Shown here in pieces: positions 1 to 9,570 of a stretch of 64,000 bases of DNA. The notes under the pieces were generated by a model. It was not told the DNA's origin. It saw only the letters and a program-made list of their open reading frames with translations, and ran no database searches. This DNA comes from Candidatus Obscuribacteraceae bacterium (lineage in GTDB: Bacteria > Cyanobacteriota > Vampirovibrionia > Obscuribacterales > Obscuribacteraceae): the NCBI GenBank assembly GCA_044229845.1, contig JBGASG010000002.1, positions 544,001-608,000 of the forward strand, written 5' to 3'. The translations under genes were made by a program, and so were the position numbers. Position 1 is the first letter of the stretch; each line of letters begins with the position of its first letter.

Positions 1-549
1 GTCGGTGCCGTCGCCAACCGCGGTGTCTGGGTGCAACCGCACTTGATTCGCCGTATTTACGATCCCAAGAGCGGTGTCACCGAGAAGTGGACGATTCCCG
101 AGAAACACCGAGTGATCAAAGAAGAAACCGCCACACTGGTTTGCCACTTGCTGGGCGAAAACATCGCCCTTGGTTCGCAGATAGCCGGTCAGGTGCCCGG
201 TTATCGAGTGGGCGGCAAGACCGGCACTGCGCAAAAACCCAATGCCGGCGGACGCGGATATCAATCTGGGCAAACGATTGCCTCCTTCATCGGTTTCCTG
301 CCTGCAGAAAATGCTCAGCTGCTCTGCATCGCCATCGTAGACGGACCACAGACAGACGGACGCTGGGGTAACACGGTGGCCGGACCGGTCTTCAACTCTA
401 TTGTTCTGGACGCGGCTCGCTATCTGGGACTGCCCACCACGACCAACCCGGAAAATAACAAGAAGAAGGCAGCGGATTTAACACCGCCTTCCATAAAATA
501 CGCTGGAGAGGTCCACGAGACCGAGAAGGATAAGGAACTCCGGCAGTGA
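1..549 (+). CDS. Penicillin-binding protein, transpeptidase C-terminal part (FtsI/PBP2-like), 5'-truncated by the window edge
   Basis: Frame is open from base 1. Contains the class B PBP KTG motif GYRVGGKTGTAQK and ASFIGFLPA...G..VAGPVF. Lies directly upstream of murJ. Confidence 0.85.
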   Translation, partial: VGAVANRGVWVQPHLIRRIYDPKSGVTEKWTIPEKHRVIKEETATLVCHLLGENIALGSQIAGQVPGYRVGGKTGTAQKPNAGGRGYQSGQTIASFIGFLPAENAQLLCIAIVDGPQTDGRWGNTVAGPVFNSIVLDAARYLGLPTTTNPENNKKKAADLTPPSIKYAGEVHETEKDKELRQ

Positions 550-2276
550 CCGACATCCAGCCCGAGCAATCGATTCCGAACCGGAAGCCCAGCATGGCGA
601 AGACGTTCGGAATAGTCGCCGTGCTCACCGTGCTCTCCAAATTCGCCGGACTGGCCCGCGACATCATGGTGGCACGCGCCTACGGAACCGGCGTCATCTC
701 CGACGCATACAACTACGCCTACATGTTCACCGGCAATATCCTTATATTGCTGGGCGGGCTCGGTGGTCCCTTCCATGCCTGCACAGTGTCGGTGGTCGGA
801 CACCACAAGGACGACAAGGACGCAGGTGTGCTGGTCACGCAGGTGATGGCGATCACGATTCTGGTGATGGCGGCGGCCACCGTCGCAGTCTATTTGATCG
901 GTCATCTCTGGCTCGTCCCTAAATTCGCCGCTGAGTACAAGAACAAAGACGGTCAACTGGTGCCGGCGGTGCAACAGGCACTCGCCACCTCCACCCTGCA
1001 GCAACTGGACATCATGCTGCCGATGATCGTGATCGCCGGTGTCATTGGTGTCATATATGGTGTGCTGAATATTTTCAACAAGGTCGCCTGGCCGTCCATC
1101 TCTCCCGCCATTGCTTCGCTGGCGATTATCATCGCGCTTGTTTTGTTCAACGACCCGCACTCCGGAATACCGCTGGCCATAGGGACTCTAGCCGGCGCTG
1201 TCGGGCAATTGCTCGTGCAGCTGCCGGCATTCTTCACCTCCGGGTTCAATTATTCGTTGACGTTCAAGCCACATCCCGATTTGAAGAAATACTTGTGGAT
1301 GCTGTTTCCTGCCATTCTGGGCACACAGATCGGACAGATCACGGTCTATGTCGACAGCGGCTTTGCCAACATGACCGGATCAGGCTCGTGGACTGCCATC
1401 GTCAACGCTAACCGACTCATACAGTTGCCGCTCGGCGTGCTGCTCACAGCCATGCTGGTGCCGGTGCAACCGAGATTTACGGAACACGTCAAAGAAGAGC
1501 GCCTCGATGAGCTCAAAGACGATATTCGTCGGGCGCTGCGTGTGCTCTGGTTTCTCGGATTGCCTCTCAGTGCCGTGCTGCTGGCGCTGCCCGGCGAGAT
1601 TCTCACAGTGCTTTTCCAGCGCGGAGAATGGACCGACTACTCGACATGGGTGACGGCAGCGGCCCTGATATTACTGGTGCCATCGATCTTCTTCTACCTG
1701 GCACGCGATCTGGTGACACGCGTCTTCTACGCTTACCACGACTCCCGCTCGCCTTTCATCGTTGCGTCCATAGCCATTCTCATCAAGTACGCTCTGGACT
1801 ATGCGCTGGTTGTGATCGTGGCGCCGATGCTGGCGCCGTCCCTTTATCAGTACATGGGGGCTCAACTGCCATTCGAAGCGCACGGGCAGACTATCGAAAC
1901 AGCAAGGCAGGCAACCGCCCTAGCCATCTGTGGAGTGGCCGGAGTGTCGCTGGCTACGACGCTCATGACTTTGATCAACCTGGCGTTTTTGACGGCGCTG
2001 ATGAGAAAGAAGATCGGCCTTCTGGGTTTCCGCAAATTAGTCGGACCGGCGACGATCATGGTGTCGGCCTCGGCCCTCTGTTTCATCACCACATTCGGTG
2101 CCTACCGCGGCATCGAGCATCTGCTCCCCGCCAATCACATTTGCATGTTGATCAACATAGCGATGTCTTCAGCAGTCGGCATGCTTGTTTATGTGGGCAT
2201 CTGCCTGGCGGGTAAACTGGACGAACCGCGGACGGTGGCACGCCGGCTGCCCTTCGTCAAGCGCCTGGTCCCTTAG
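546..2276 (+). CDS. murJ: Lipid II flippase MurJ (MviN)
   Basis: N-terminal LSKFAGLARD..VARAYG.G...DAY, ANRLIQLPLGV, LFQRGEW and RVFYAYHDSRSP motifs; many TM helices; GTGA overlap with the upstream PBP. Confidence 0.93.
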   Translation: MTDIQPEQSIPNRKPSMAKTFGIVAVLTVLSKFAGLARDIMVARAYGTGVISDAYNYAYMFTGNILILLGGLGGPFHACTVSVVGHHKDDKDAGVLVTQVMAITILVMAAATVAVYLIGHLWLVPKFAAEYKNKDGQLVPAVQQALATSTLQQLDIMLPMIVIAGVIGVIYGVLNIFNKVAWPSISPAIASLAIIIALVLFNDPHSGIPLAIGTLAGAVGQLLVQLPAFFTSGFNYSLTFKPHPDLKKYLWMLFPAILGTQIGQITVYVDSGFANMTGSGSWTAIVNANRLIQLPLGVLLTAMLVPVQPRFTEHVKEERLDELKDDIRRALRVLWFLGLPLSAVLLALPGEILTVLFQRGEWTDYSTWVTAAALILLVPSIFFYLARDLVTRVFYAYHDSRSPFIVASIAILIKYALDYALVVIVAPMLAPSLYQYMGAQLPFEAHGQTIETARQATALAICGVAGVSLATTLMTLINLAFLTALMRKKIGLLGFRKLVGPATIMVSASALCFITTFGAYRGIEHLLPANHICMLINIAMSSAVGMLVYVGICLAGKLDEPRTVARRLPFVKRLVP

Positions 2277-3189
2277 GTGCAGTCCCCGACCTGGTCATCT
2301 GCTCTTTTAAGTCTTCGCCTTCCAGATCAACGCGCAAATAGTAATGCAGAAGCACACCGGCGATCGCCAGCGACGAAAAAAACAGCGCCGCGATCGGTGT
2401 CAGAAAACAGGCATCGATGAACGCACAACCTACCCCGGCTACTTCGCGCGCGCCGCCTTTGAGAAGATCGGCAAACGCTTCCAGCGATTGAACGGCGCCC
2501 ACCGGCACCGAAAGTAAGTAATAGACGACGGTCAGCAAAATCACGAAGGGAACCAACCCGCCGGTAGGGCTGAAAACCAGGTGGAGGAAACGTTTCATCG
2601 CTCGCCAGAGAGAAAGTTTCTCACACACAATAATCGCCATGAAGAAAGCGTTCAGCGAACAGCCCATCAAGTAAGGAAACGAGAGCAGCATGTAGAGGAC
2701 CATGAGGACGAGCCCAACCACTTCGGCAATTCCCGAGGGCAACAGGTTGACGTGCCTCTCGACAGATTCAACAATCGCTCCACACCCCGCCGCCACCGAA
2801 GTAACGATCAAGTCACCAACAATCACAGGCAGCATCAAAACAGCTGCCAGCAACCACTTCTTAGCGGCCATGTCGACACCGGCCCGCAAGTCGGCAGCCT
2901 GCTCGCTCACGAAGTATTGCAACGCCAACATTCGCTGCCCGATGACGACTTTGGAAACCACGTCTGCCACCACAGCCAGTGCAAGCATCGAGGAAAGCAG
3001 TGCTTCGGGATAACCCGACCAGAGATGCTCGCACACCCAGTAAATGACTTCGCTCGCCAGGTTATTGATGAACGCCGGCACCATGAATAGAAACAGGCAG
3101 GTCCGCCAGTGCTGGCGCGTGATCTTGAACGCGCGACCGGCCAGGTCGGCGGCAGTAGCGGGTATCTCCGGCACGCTGATTATGCTCAT
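2257..3189 (-). CDS. Hypothetical multi-pass membrane protein (paralog of 3186-4082)
   Basis: 310 aa hydrophobic ORF. TAADLAGRAFK...W at the N-terminus and LEGEDL at the C-terminus are shared with the neighbouring gene. Confidence 0.7.
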   Translation of the reverse strand: MSIISVPEIPATAADLAGRAFKITRQHWRTCLFLFMVPAFINNLASEVIYWVCEHLWSGYPEALLSSMLALAVVADVVSKVVIGQRMLALQYFVSEQAADLRAGVDMAAKKWLLAAVLMLPVIVGDLIVTSVAAGCGAIVESVERHVNLLPSGIAEVVGLVLMVLYMLLSFPYLMGCSLNAFFMAIIVCEKLSLWRAMKRFLHLVFSPTGGLVPFVILLTVVYYLLSVPVGAVQSLEAFADLLKGGAREVAGVGCAFIDACFLTPIAALFFSSLAIAGVLLHYYLRVDLEGEDLKEQMTRSGTAPKGPGA

Positions 3190-4082
3190 CGCCGTAGTTT
3201 ACTTAACTTGTTCTGCAAATCTGCACCTTCCAGAACCACACCGGATTGATAGTCGAGATAGGCGCCCGAGAGCGGCACCGTCGCATAAACGAAAGCGCCC
3301 ACCGGCGCCTCCAGACAACTACTGATAAAGGCAGTGACAAAGACAAGAAATTCTCGCGCCTGTCCACTGAAAAGCGCGGGCACCATCTCCACCAATCCAA
3401 TTAATGTGGCGCTCAGGGAAATCGCAAAATAGACGATTACAGAAAGAACCGTATAGCCTATGACGAATCCCGTCCAGCGCGTCAACACATAAGCGAAGCG
3501 ACGCATGGCTTGCACGACGGTCAAGTTTCTGCGGATGATCAGCGCAATGAAAAAGCCGTTCAAAACACAAGTGGCCAGATACGGGAACGCCATCAGCAAG
3601 TACGCGTAGTAGAGCAGCGCCGCCGTCATCTGGTTGGATTGCGAATGAATAGTCGCCAGATAACCGCATGAAAGCGCCGTCTCGGTCAGATCGCCAACCA
3701 CCACCGGCGCGATCAAGAGAGCCGCTAAACCGTACTTTCTTCTGGACAGACTCATGGCGGCACCCAGGTCTTGCGCATGCCCACTCAGGAGATATTGTAC
3801 GGCTATGTAGCGAACACAGATGGACAGCTTCGTGAGCGCCAGGATCAGCAAGCAAAAGCACGCCAGGAAAACTAACCAGCCACCGGACACTTTTGCCGAG
3901 TGACCGGCTATCCACGTCAATACGCTGCGCGCCACTTCATACAGAAAAGACGGCACCACAAAGAGCATTATCAGCGGCTTCCAGTTGAGGCGCGTGTTTC
4001 TGAAGTAGCGCCCGACTAAATCAGCAGCCGTAAAAGGTAAGTCTGGCAGCTCCAGCTCCCAAACCGCCTGTGGTGGCATCAT
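3186..4082 (-). CDS. Hypothetical multi-pass membrane protein (paralog of 2257-3189)
   Basis: 298 aa hydrophobic ORF with TAADLVGRYFR...W, FPYL...LN.FF and LEGADL; 4-nt overlap with the next gene. Confidence 0.7.
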   Translation of the reverse strand: MMPPQAVWELELPDLPFTAADLVGRYFRNTRLNWKPLIMLFVVPSFLYEVARSVLTWIAGHSAKVSGGWLVFLACFCLLILALTKLSICVRYIAVQYLLSGHAQDLGAAMSLSRRKYGLAALLIAPVVVGDLTETALSCGYLATIHSQSNQMTAALLYYAYLLMAFPYLATCVLNGFFIALIIRRNLTVVQAMRRFAYVLTRWTGFVIGYTVLSVIVYFAISLSATLIGLVEMVPALFSGQAREFLVFVTAFISSCLEAPVGAFVYATVPLSGAYLDYQSGVVLEGADLQNKLSKLRR

Positions 4083-4089
4083 TTACTGA

Positions 4090-4350
4090 TTACTGTTGCT
4101 GCGTGTGCGGATAGAGCGCCGGCAATTCGTAGACGTTGTCGCGACGGCGCGGGAATCTGCCTTCCGTGGAGATGACGTTATCTTTCGGAGGCGCCCACTT
4201 CTGGGAATCACGACGCCAGCTGTAAACAGCCCAGATTGCGCCGGCAACGGCGAAACCGAGCAGGACTGTTTGCCAGCTTGCAGTGTACAACGCGGCACAG
4301 ATTGCAAGCACGCCAACAAGAGCACCGACAGTGTAGAGATGACACCGCAT
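4090..4350 (-). CDS. Small two-TM membrane protein
   Basis: MRCHLYTVGALVGVLAICAALYTASWQTVLLGFAVAGAIWAVYSWRR: two hydrophobic helices followed by a basic tail. GAGG lies upstream of ATG 4350, and the gene is co-oriented 7 nt ahead of the paralog pair. Confidence 0.55.
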   Translation of the reverse strand: MRCHLYTVGALVGVLAICAALYTASWQTVLLGFAVAGAIWAVYSWRRDSQKWAPPKDNVISTEGRFPRRRDNVYELPALYPHTQQQ

Positions 4351-4568
4351 GGGAATGCCTCGGCGAGGAGAGTAAGTCAAATTGTAAGAAGCTGCATATA
4401 CAATACACCGCAACGAGATATTGCGGCCGCTTGAAAAGCAAAATTTATTTGGAGATTATCTGCTGCACGGCTGATGCATAGCCGCTCGACGCCCGTCCGA
4501 TATATCAAGCACGCCAAGACGCATGTCTATCGATCTTCGGCGAGCCGGTCGGACAGCCGGTCCTCCAA

Positions 4569-5375
4569 CTATTTCTGTTCGGAGGTGTCTTCTGTCGGCT
4601 GCTGAGATCCAAAGCGTTTGCTGGACTTGGTGACGCTTTCGTAAGTCGCCGCTCCAGTGTCAGCGGAGGGTTCGGCGCTGGCGTCCGGTGCAGCTGCCGC
4701 ATCGCCGCCGGAGGGCAATGACTTGCTGCCGCCGCTGCTCCAGGATTGAGCGCCGGCAGATCCGGCTTGCGGAATGTCTTTAGCCGGGACGGCTCCCGTG
4801 GGGGCAGCTTCGGCTTCAGGCGCAGGCGCAGCTGCCGGAGCCGGCTCTGCCGCTGGGGTACCGCCACCACCCCCGGTATCACCATCGGGTGTCAGAACGT
4901 TGTTCATTTTGGCGCTTTGCCAGAGGCTGCCGTCGGCATACTTAACTTGCAGCGTGCGCACTTTCACGGCTTGCACGCGGGGGTCGACCCTTTCGCCCCG
5001 CCACTTTTGCGAGGCGGTACCGCCGGGACTGAGGACGTTGCCGTCCGGCGCATGGAAGGTACCGCGCACTTTGCCCTGGGCATCTATGTAGCCGACCCGG
5101 AACTTGACGGCATTGATCACCCGATCCCCGGAATTGCGGTAGTCAAGGTAAACTCGGGCGGCGATCGGTGTATCAAAAGAGTCAACTTCCAGATCAACTT
5201 TTGCGCTGGTCACTTCCACTGGACAGCCAGGCTCAGGTATAAATTCTGAAGTAACCGTCTTCAGCTGTGGAGTGGTCTGAGCCCAGACATCCCCCGAACC
5301 AGCTGCAAAACAGGCAACCGACAGGAAGGACAAAATTACTTTGATAGCCGCCAGACTGATCGCCCTTTTAGCCAT
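4569..5375 (-). CDS. Secreted protein with a predicted beta-sandwich domain and Pro/Ala-rich disordered tail
   Basis: ATG 5375 has a perfect AGGAGG 9 nt upstream; signal-peptide-like N-terminus ending VWA-Q; YRNSGDRVINAVKFRVGYID.QGKV strand pattern; PAAAPAPE-rich tail. Confidence 0.7.
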   Translation of the reverse strand: MAKRAISLAAIKVILSFLSVACFAAGSGDVWAQTTPQLKTVTSEFIPEPGCPVEVTSAKVDLEVDSFDTPIAARVYLDYRNSGDRVINAVKFRVGYIDAQGKVRGTFHAPDGNVLSPGGTASQKWRGERVDPRVQAVKVRTLQVKYADGSLWQSAKMNNVLTPDGDTGGGGGTPAAEPAPAAAPAPEAEAAPTGAVPAKDIPQAGSAGAQSWSSGGSKSLPSGGDAAAAPDASAEPSADTGAATYESVTKSSKRFGSQQPTEDTSEQK

Positions 5376-6942
5376 TGCTTTCTGCCTCCTGTTGCCGGGC
5401 GCTGTGTACGCCGAAACGGCTACCTCGCCGCAGGCCTCTGGTTCCTCTAATTCCACAGCAGACCTGACTTTTACCATTTTGCATACGAACGACCTGCACG
5501 CCCACGATAGCTCATTTATGGAAAAGGGCCACTTGGTCGGCGGCATTGCGCGCATCGCGTCTTTGATCAAAGAAATCCGAGGAAACACGAAAAACGTCGT
5601 CGTCGTAGATGCCGGGGACATTTTTCAGGGGACACCCTTTTTTAAGTTGTATCACGGCCAGGTCGAAGTTGATATGTTGAATGCCGCCGGATACGACGTC
5701 TACACCATCGGCAACCATGAATTCGATGACGGGGCTCGCAACCTTGCCGAGCGATTGAAGTCAGCCAAGTTCGATATTGTCTCGGCCAACCTGGATGCCT
5801 CAGCGCTCCCCGACCTGGCAAAGCTGGTCAAACCCTCAGTCGTAAAGACCATTAACGGCAAAAAGGTCGCCTTCATCGGCGGCATCACTCCCCGCCTGCC
5901 GGAGGTCGCCCTCAATCTGGAAGGCGTCAAAGTCAAAGCGATGGGCGCCGAATGGATGCAGCCCTTCAAAGATGAGGCAAAGCGATTGAAGGCTGAGGGC
6001 GTCGATAAGATCGTGCTGGTCAGTCACATCGGCGTCGAGATGGAGAAGCCGCTCGCCCAAGAAGTGCCCGAACTGGATGTGATCATCGGCGGACACAGCC
6101 ATACGCGCCTCGACCAACCGATTATCGTGCAGCGACCAGATGGCTCTTCCTGCGCCATCGTGCAAGCCTGGTGCTACGGGCGCATGCTGGGCAGGCTGCA
6201 AATTTCGTTCGACAAGCAAGGCAACCTGATTCTCTCTGACCTCAACTATCACTTGATTCCAATCACCGACAGTATCGTTGAAGAACCGGCGATGAAAGCC
6301 GAGCTGCTCAAGAAGGGTAAGCCATTTCGTTCGCAAGAGCGCACCATATGCGGTGTGGCGATGGGCGGGTTTCCAAATCACTTCCGCAACTGCTGGTCCG
6401 ACTCGGCAATCGGCGACCTGATAACCGACTCGCTTGTCGACGCCGGCAAAAAATACGGCGCCACCATCGGGCTGCAGAACCGCGGCGGCATTCGCGGCGG
6501 CATTGACGAAGGCACCATTTCCCAGTCGAAGGTGGAGGAAGTGCTGCCGTTCGACAACCGGCTGGTCTTCGCCACGGTTAAAGGCAGCGTGCTTCTGAAA
6601 GCTCTAGAACACGGGCTGTGCAACGAATTCTCAGGCGGGCGTTTTCTGGATGTTTCAGGGCTGAAAGTCGAATACGACCGCAAAGCACCAGCGCAGCATA
6701 AACTGGTCTCAGTGAAGACCCTCACTCCGGCAGGCAAGTGGGAAGATGTGGAGCCGGACAAGCTCTACAAAATCGCCGTCAACGACTTCACATTCAAAGG
6801 CGGCGAGGGCTTCGACTTTTCCAGTGCCACCAATGTTTTCCAAACGCAAAAGCGCCTCTCGGTGTTTTTCATGAACTACCTGGTGAAAAACAAAAAGGTG
6901 ACTCCCTGCCCGGGCACGCGCATCACTCCAGTGCACGAATAG
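5341..6942 (+). CDS. Secreted bifunctional metallophosphatase/5'-nucleotidase (UshA-like)
   Basis: HTNDLH, DAGD, GNHEFD, GGHSH and QNRGGIR motifs plus the 5'-nucleotidase C-terminal domain; signal peptide; AGGAAGGA upstream of the TTG start. Confidence 0.92.
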   Translation: MIAARLIALLAIAFCLLLPGAVYAETATSPQASGSSNSTADLTFTILHTNDLHAHDSSFMEKGHLVGGIARIASLIKEIRGNTKNVVVVDAGDIFQGTPFFKLYHGQVEVDMLNAAGYDVYTIGNHEFDDGARNLAERLKSAKFDIVSANLDASALPDLAKLVKPSVVKTINGKKVAFIGGITPRLPEVALNLEGVKVKAMGAEWMQPFKDEAKRLKAEGVDKIVLVSHIGVEMEKPLAQEVPELDVIIGGHSHTRLDQPIIVQRPDGSSCAIVQAWCYGRMLGRLQISFDKQGNLILSDLNYHLIPITDSIVEEPAMKAELLKKGKPFRSQERTICGVAMGGFPNHFRNCWSDSAIGDLITDSLVDAGKKYGATIGLQNRGGIRGGIDEGTISQSKVEEVLPFDNRLVFATVKGSVLLKALEHGLCNEFSGGRFLDVSGLKVEYDRKAPAQHKLVSVKTLTPAGKWEDVEPDKLYKIAVNDFTFKGGEGFDFSSATNVFQTQKRLSVFFMNYLVKNKKVTPCPGTRITPVHE

Positions 6943-7894
6943 AACTCTTGCCCGACAATGTCTGCCCCAGCCGGTTCTGCACGAAAGCCAGGGCTCGGCG
7001 GATGTCGGCGCCGCTAACGAATGAAATGAAACTGCCCATCATCACCCACTCAAAGAGCGGAATGTTCATGGTCCAGTCGATGCTCAGGTGCATGACTATC
7101 GCCGCCAGCAAGACGAAGTAACGCAGCTCCTTCACCCAGATCAGCGTGAAAAGCGAAAACTCGATCAGGAGCGTGCCCCAGGTAAGCATCTTGATCGTCC
7201 AGAGATGCTCGAATACGTACGGAATACTGAATTTGGAAAACTCCACCAGGTGCGATGTGTAGTAGACGGCGGTGCCGTCCAGCCATGATTCGCCGCGCAG
7301 TTTAGCCCAGAAGGTCTGGTAGTAAATGGCACAGACCTGCAACTGAATCAAGCGCGTCACCCACCGCGGCCACACAGGATCGCCAAATTCATCGCGCGGC
7401 ATATCGTCGGCGCCGTCTCTTCTCAGGCGCTTCCACAACACTTTGTCCAGCGAGAGCATCTTGTTGCAGGGAGAAAAGAGCAGCAAAAACATCAGCACCC
7501 GCAAAAACGTGTCACCGCTGTGCATGATCAGCGGGCAATCATGAGCGAAAGAAACCAGACAAACGACAAGCACCAGCAAACTGAGGCGGGTGAGCAGACC
7601 CAGCGTCAACGCCATCGCCGCCACAGCGGTTACGACCAAGGCACCGGTGGCGGTGCTGTCGCTCCTCGGCAAAACCTCAAAGACATTGAGCACCGTAAAG
7701 CCGAACCAGTCATCTCCGCCGGCAGTCGGCATCATCCGATGGGTACCGTAAAAGTTAGCCACCTCGGGCGCCAACAAGCTGCACCAGATGATCGTCACCA
7801 CCCCTAGATAGATACGCAGCAAACAAACAGGCAATACGGAATCTGGTGCAAACCAGAATTTATTCCACGCTTCAAGTAATTGCTTGATTGTCAT
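6923..7894 (-). CDS. HTTM-domain membrane protein (vitamin-K-dependent carboxylase-like / SdpB-like)
   Basis: WNKFWF..., LRIYLG, GLLTR, HSGD...R, LSLD, RLIQLQVCAIY...WAKL.GESWLDGTAVYY and TWGTLLIE...H motifs typical of HTTM proteins. Confidence 0.85.
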   Translation of the reverse strand: MTIKQLLEAWNKFWFAPDSVLPVCLLRIYLGVVTIIWCSLLAPEVANFYGTHRMMPTAGGDDWFGFTVLNVFEVLPRSDSTATGALVVTAVAAMALTLGLLTRLSLLVLVVCLVSFAHDCPLIMHSGDTFLRVLMFLLLFSPCNKMLSLDKVLWKRLRRDGADDMPRDEFGDPVWPRWVTRLIQLQVCAIYYQTFWAKLRGESWLDGTAVYYTSHLVEFSKFSIPYVFEHLWTIKMLTWGTLLIEFSLFTLIWVKELRYFVLLAAIVMHLSIDWTMNIPLFEWVMMGSFISFVSGADIRRALAFVQNRLGQTLSGKSSIRALE

Positions 7895-8430
7895 TGCAAA
7901 TCTGCCGGCACAACCTTGTAGGTGAAAAACTCGACTGTCCGCTCTTGAGGCTTCTCAGCTGTGCCGTCCAGGGCTTTCCGAGCATCAGGCAGATACCAGA
8001 AACAGCGTTTCAAATGCACCGCCACAGGCGTGCCGCCGTGTTGCGTCTTCTCCTGCCGCGCTACATGTCGCGCCAGGTCCGGCCAGAGTTTCTTGTACTT
8101 CTCCCAATTCAGATAATCGAGACCGAGCTTGCGGTACCGCTCTTTAACCACACGCTCGGGATATGGCAGCTTCTCCATCTGCGGATAGTTCCACACAGAG
8201 GTCTGCCCGTCGGCATACTGAACCTCCGCCAGCAACCGAATATTCGCTCTTCTCACATCAGGCGAGAAGACTTCGTAGTTTTGCCAGAGCCCGAGAAACA
8301 TGATGGTGGGCTCGACATCGACAAGGACGTTGCGCACCCAGCGGGAGTGCGGTTGCAGATAGCACCAGATGGCGCTCACATAGAGCAGGATGAAAACGGA
8401 GATGACAGCCCTGGGAATTACTATCTTCAC
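7891..8430 (-). CDS. HTTM partner protein (SdpA/DUF5819-like), single N-terminal TM
   Basis: N-terminal TM helix then GLWQNYEVFSPD, resembling the Q.W..FAP motif of SdpA/DUF5819-like proteins; ATGA-coupled to the HTTM gene. Confidence 0.6.
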   Translation of the reverse strand: MKIVIPRAVISVFILLYVSAIWCYLQPHSRWVRNVLVDVEPTIMFLGLWQNYEVFSPDVRRANIRLLAEVQYADGQTSVWNYPQMEKLPYPERVVKERYRKLGLDYLNWEKYKKLWPDLARHVARQEKTQHGGTPVAVHLKRCFWYLPDARKALDGTAEKPQERTVEFFTYKVVPADLQ

Positions 8431-9509
8431 GGTTTGCTGCCGGCCTGTTTAGTCAACTTCGCCAGGTTGTCTTTGGCTTCAGGATATTCCGGGTCGATGG
8501 ACAGCGCTTGCTTGTATTCATTTTCGGCAAGGTCCAGTTTACCCAGCTGGCCGTATGCAACGCCTAGATTGTTGTGGGCTTTGGCATTTTTCGGATCGAA
8601 CTTGATGGCCGCCTGGTAATGTCCGACTGCCAGCTGCATCTGATTTTGTCTCTGATATAGAAGTCCGATGTTGTAGTGGGCGTCGGCATAGCTGGGATCG
8701 ATGCGCAGCGCCTTCTGATACTCCATTAGAGCTTTCGGCATATCGCCCTGACTGAAATACGTGATGCCCAGCGTCGTGTGCGCCTGCGCATAGCCAAGAT
8801 TGCGCTGGGCTTCGGCGAAGTTCGGGTCGATGCGTAAGGCGGCTTGAAATTGATCTACCGACTCGGGAAATTTGCCGACGGCACCATATGCAACACCAAG
8901 ATTGTTGTGCGCCTCCACATACTGCGGATTGATCGCCAGCGCCGCTGTGTATTCACTGATAGCCTTTTCGCTGTCTCCAGTCTGCTGGTAAATGCGACCG
9001 AGGGCGAAGTGCATGACGGCATTGTTGGGTTCCAGCTTGATCGCACGCCAGTAGCCGTCGACCGCCTGATCGTTGTGACCGAGCCTCTCCTGGGTTAGAG
9101 CCAGATTGTACTGATACTCGGCATTTTGTGGCTGGCGTTGCGAGGCCTTCTGCAAATACCCGAGCGCCTCTTCGAAGCTGCCTTTGTCGAACATGGCAAT
9201 GCCGAGTCCGTAGTTGGCTTCGCCCAGGTCAGGGTTGAGCGCCAGGGCTTTTTTGTACTGCGCAACCGCCAGGTCGGCTTTGTTTTGCTGTTGGTAAATG
9301 CGGGCCATCAGAGTAAGCGCTGCCGTATTCTTCTGGTCAGCCGAAAGAATGCTTTGCAGATAACTGGCTGCTTCGCCGTAACGTCTTTGATTGAAGGCAT
9401 CCAGCCCGCGCTGATATAGTTCGTCGACATTCTTAGCCCAGGACGCGGCAGGCAGCAGTAACGAAACGGCAGCCGCAAGCAATATCGGTCTCAGCGCTAA
9501 TCTATTCAT
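8427..9509 (-). CDS. Secreted TPR-repeat protein
   Basis: Signal peptide (ASWA-K) and about nine 34-aa repeats of the A..NLG..Y...G....A...Y..AL.IDP type. Confidence 0.9.
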   Translation of the reverse strand: MNRLALRPILLAAAVSLLLPAASWAKNVDELYQRGLDAFNQRRYGEAASYLQSILSADQKNTAALTLMARIYQQQNKADLAVAQYKKALALNPDLGEANYGLGIAMFDKGSFEEALGYLQKASQRQPQNAEYQYNLALTQERLGHNDQAVDGYWRAIKLEPNNAVMHFALGRIYQQTGDSEKAISEYTAALAINPQYVEAHNNLGVAYGAVGKFPESVDQFQAALRIDPNFAEAQRNLGYAQAHTTLGITYFSQGDMPKALMEYQKALRIDPSYADAHYNIGLLYQRQNQMQLAVGHYQAAIKFDPKNAKAHNNLGVAYGQLGKLDLAENEYKQALSIDPEYPEAKDNLAKLTKQAGSKP

Positions 9510-9570
9510 CTACTTGTTCATGCCACAATACGCGGTATGCCTGCACTTTTATCGGTGAGTGAGTCCTCTT

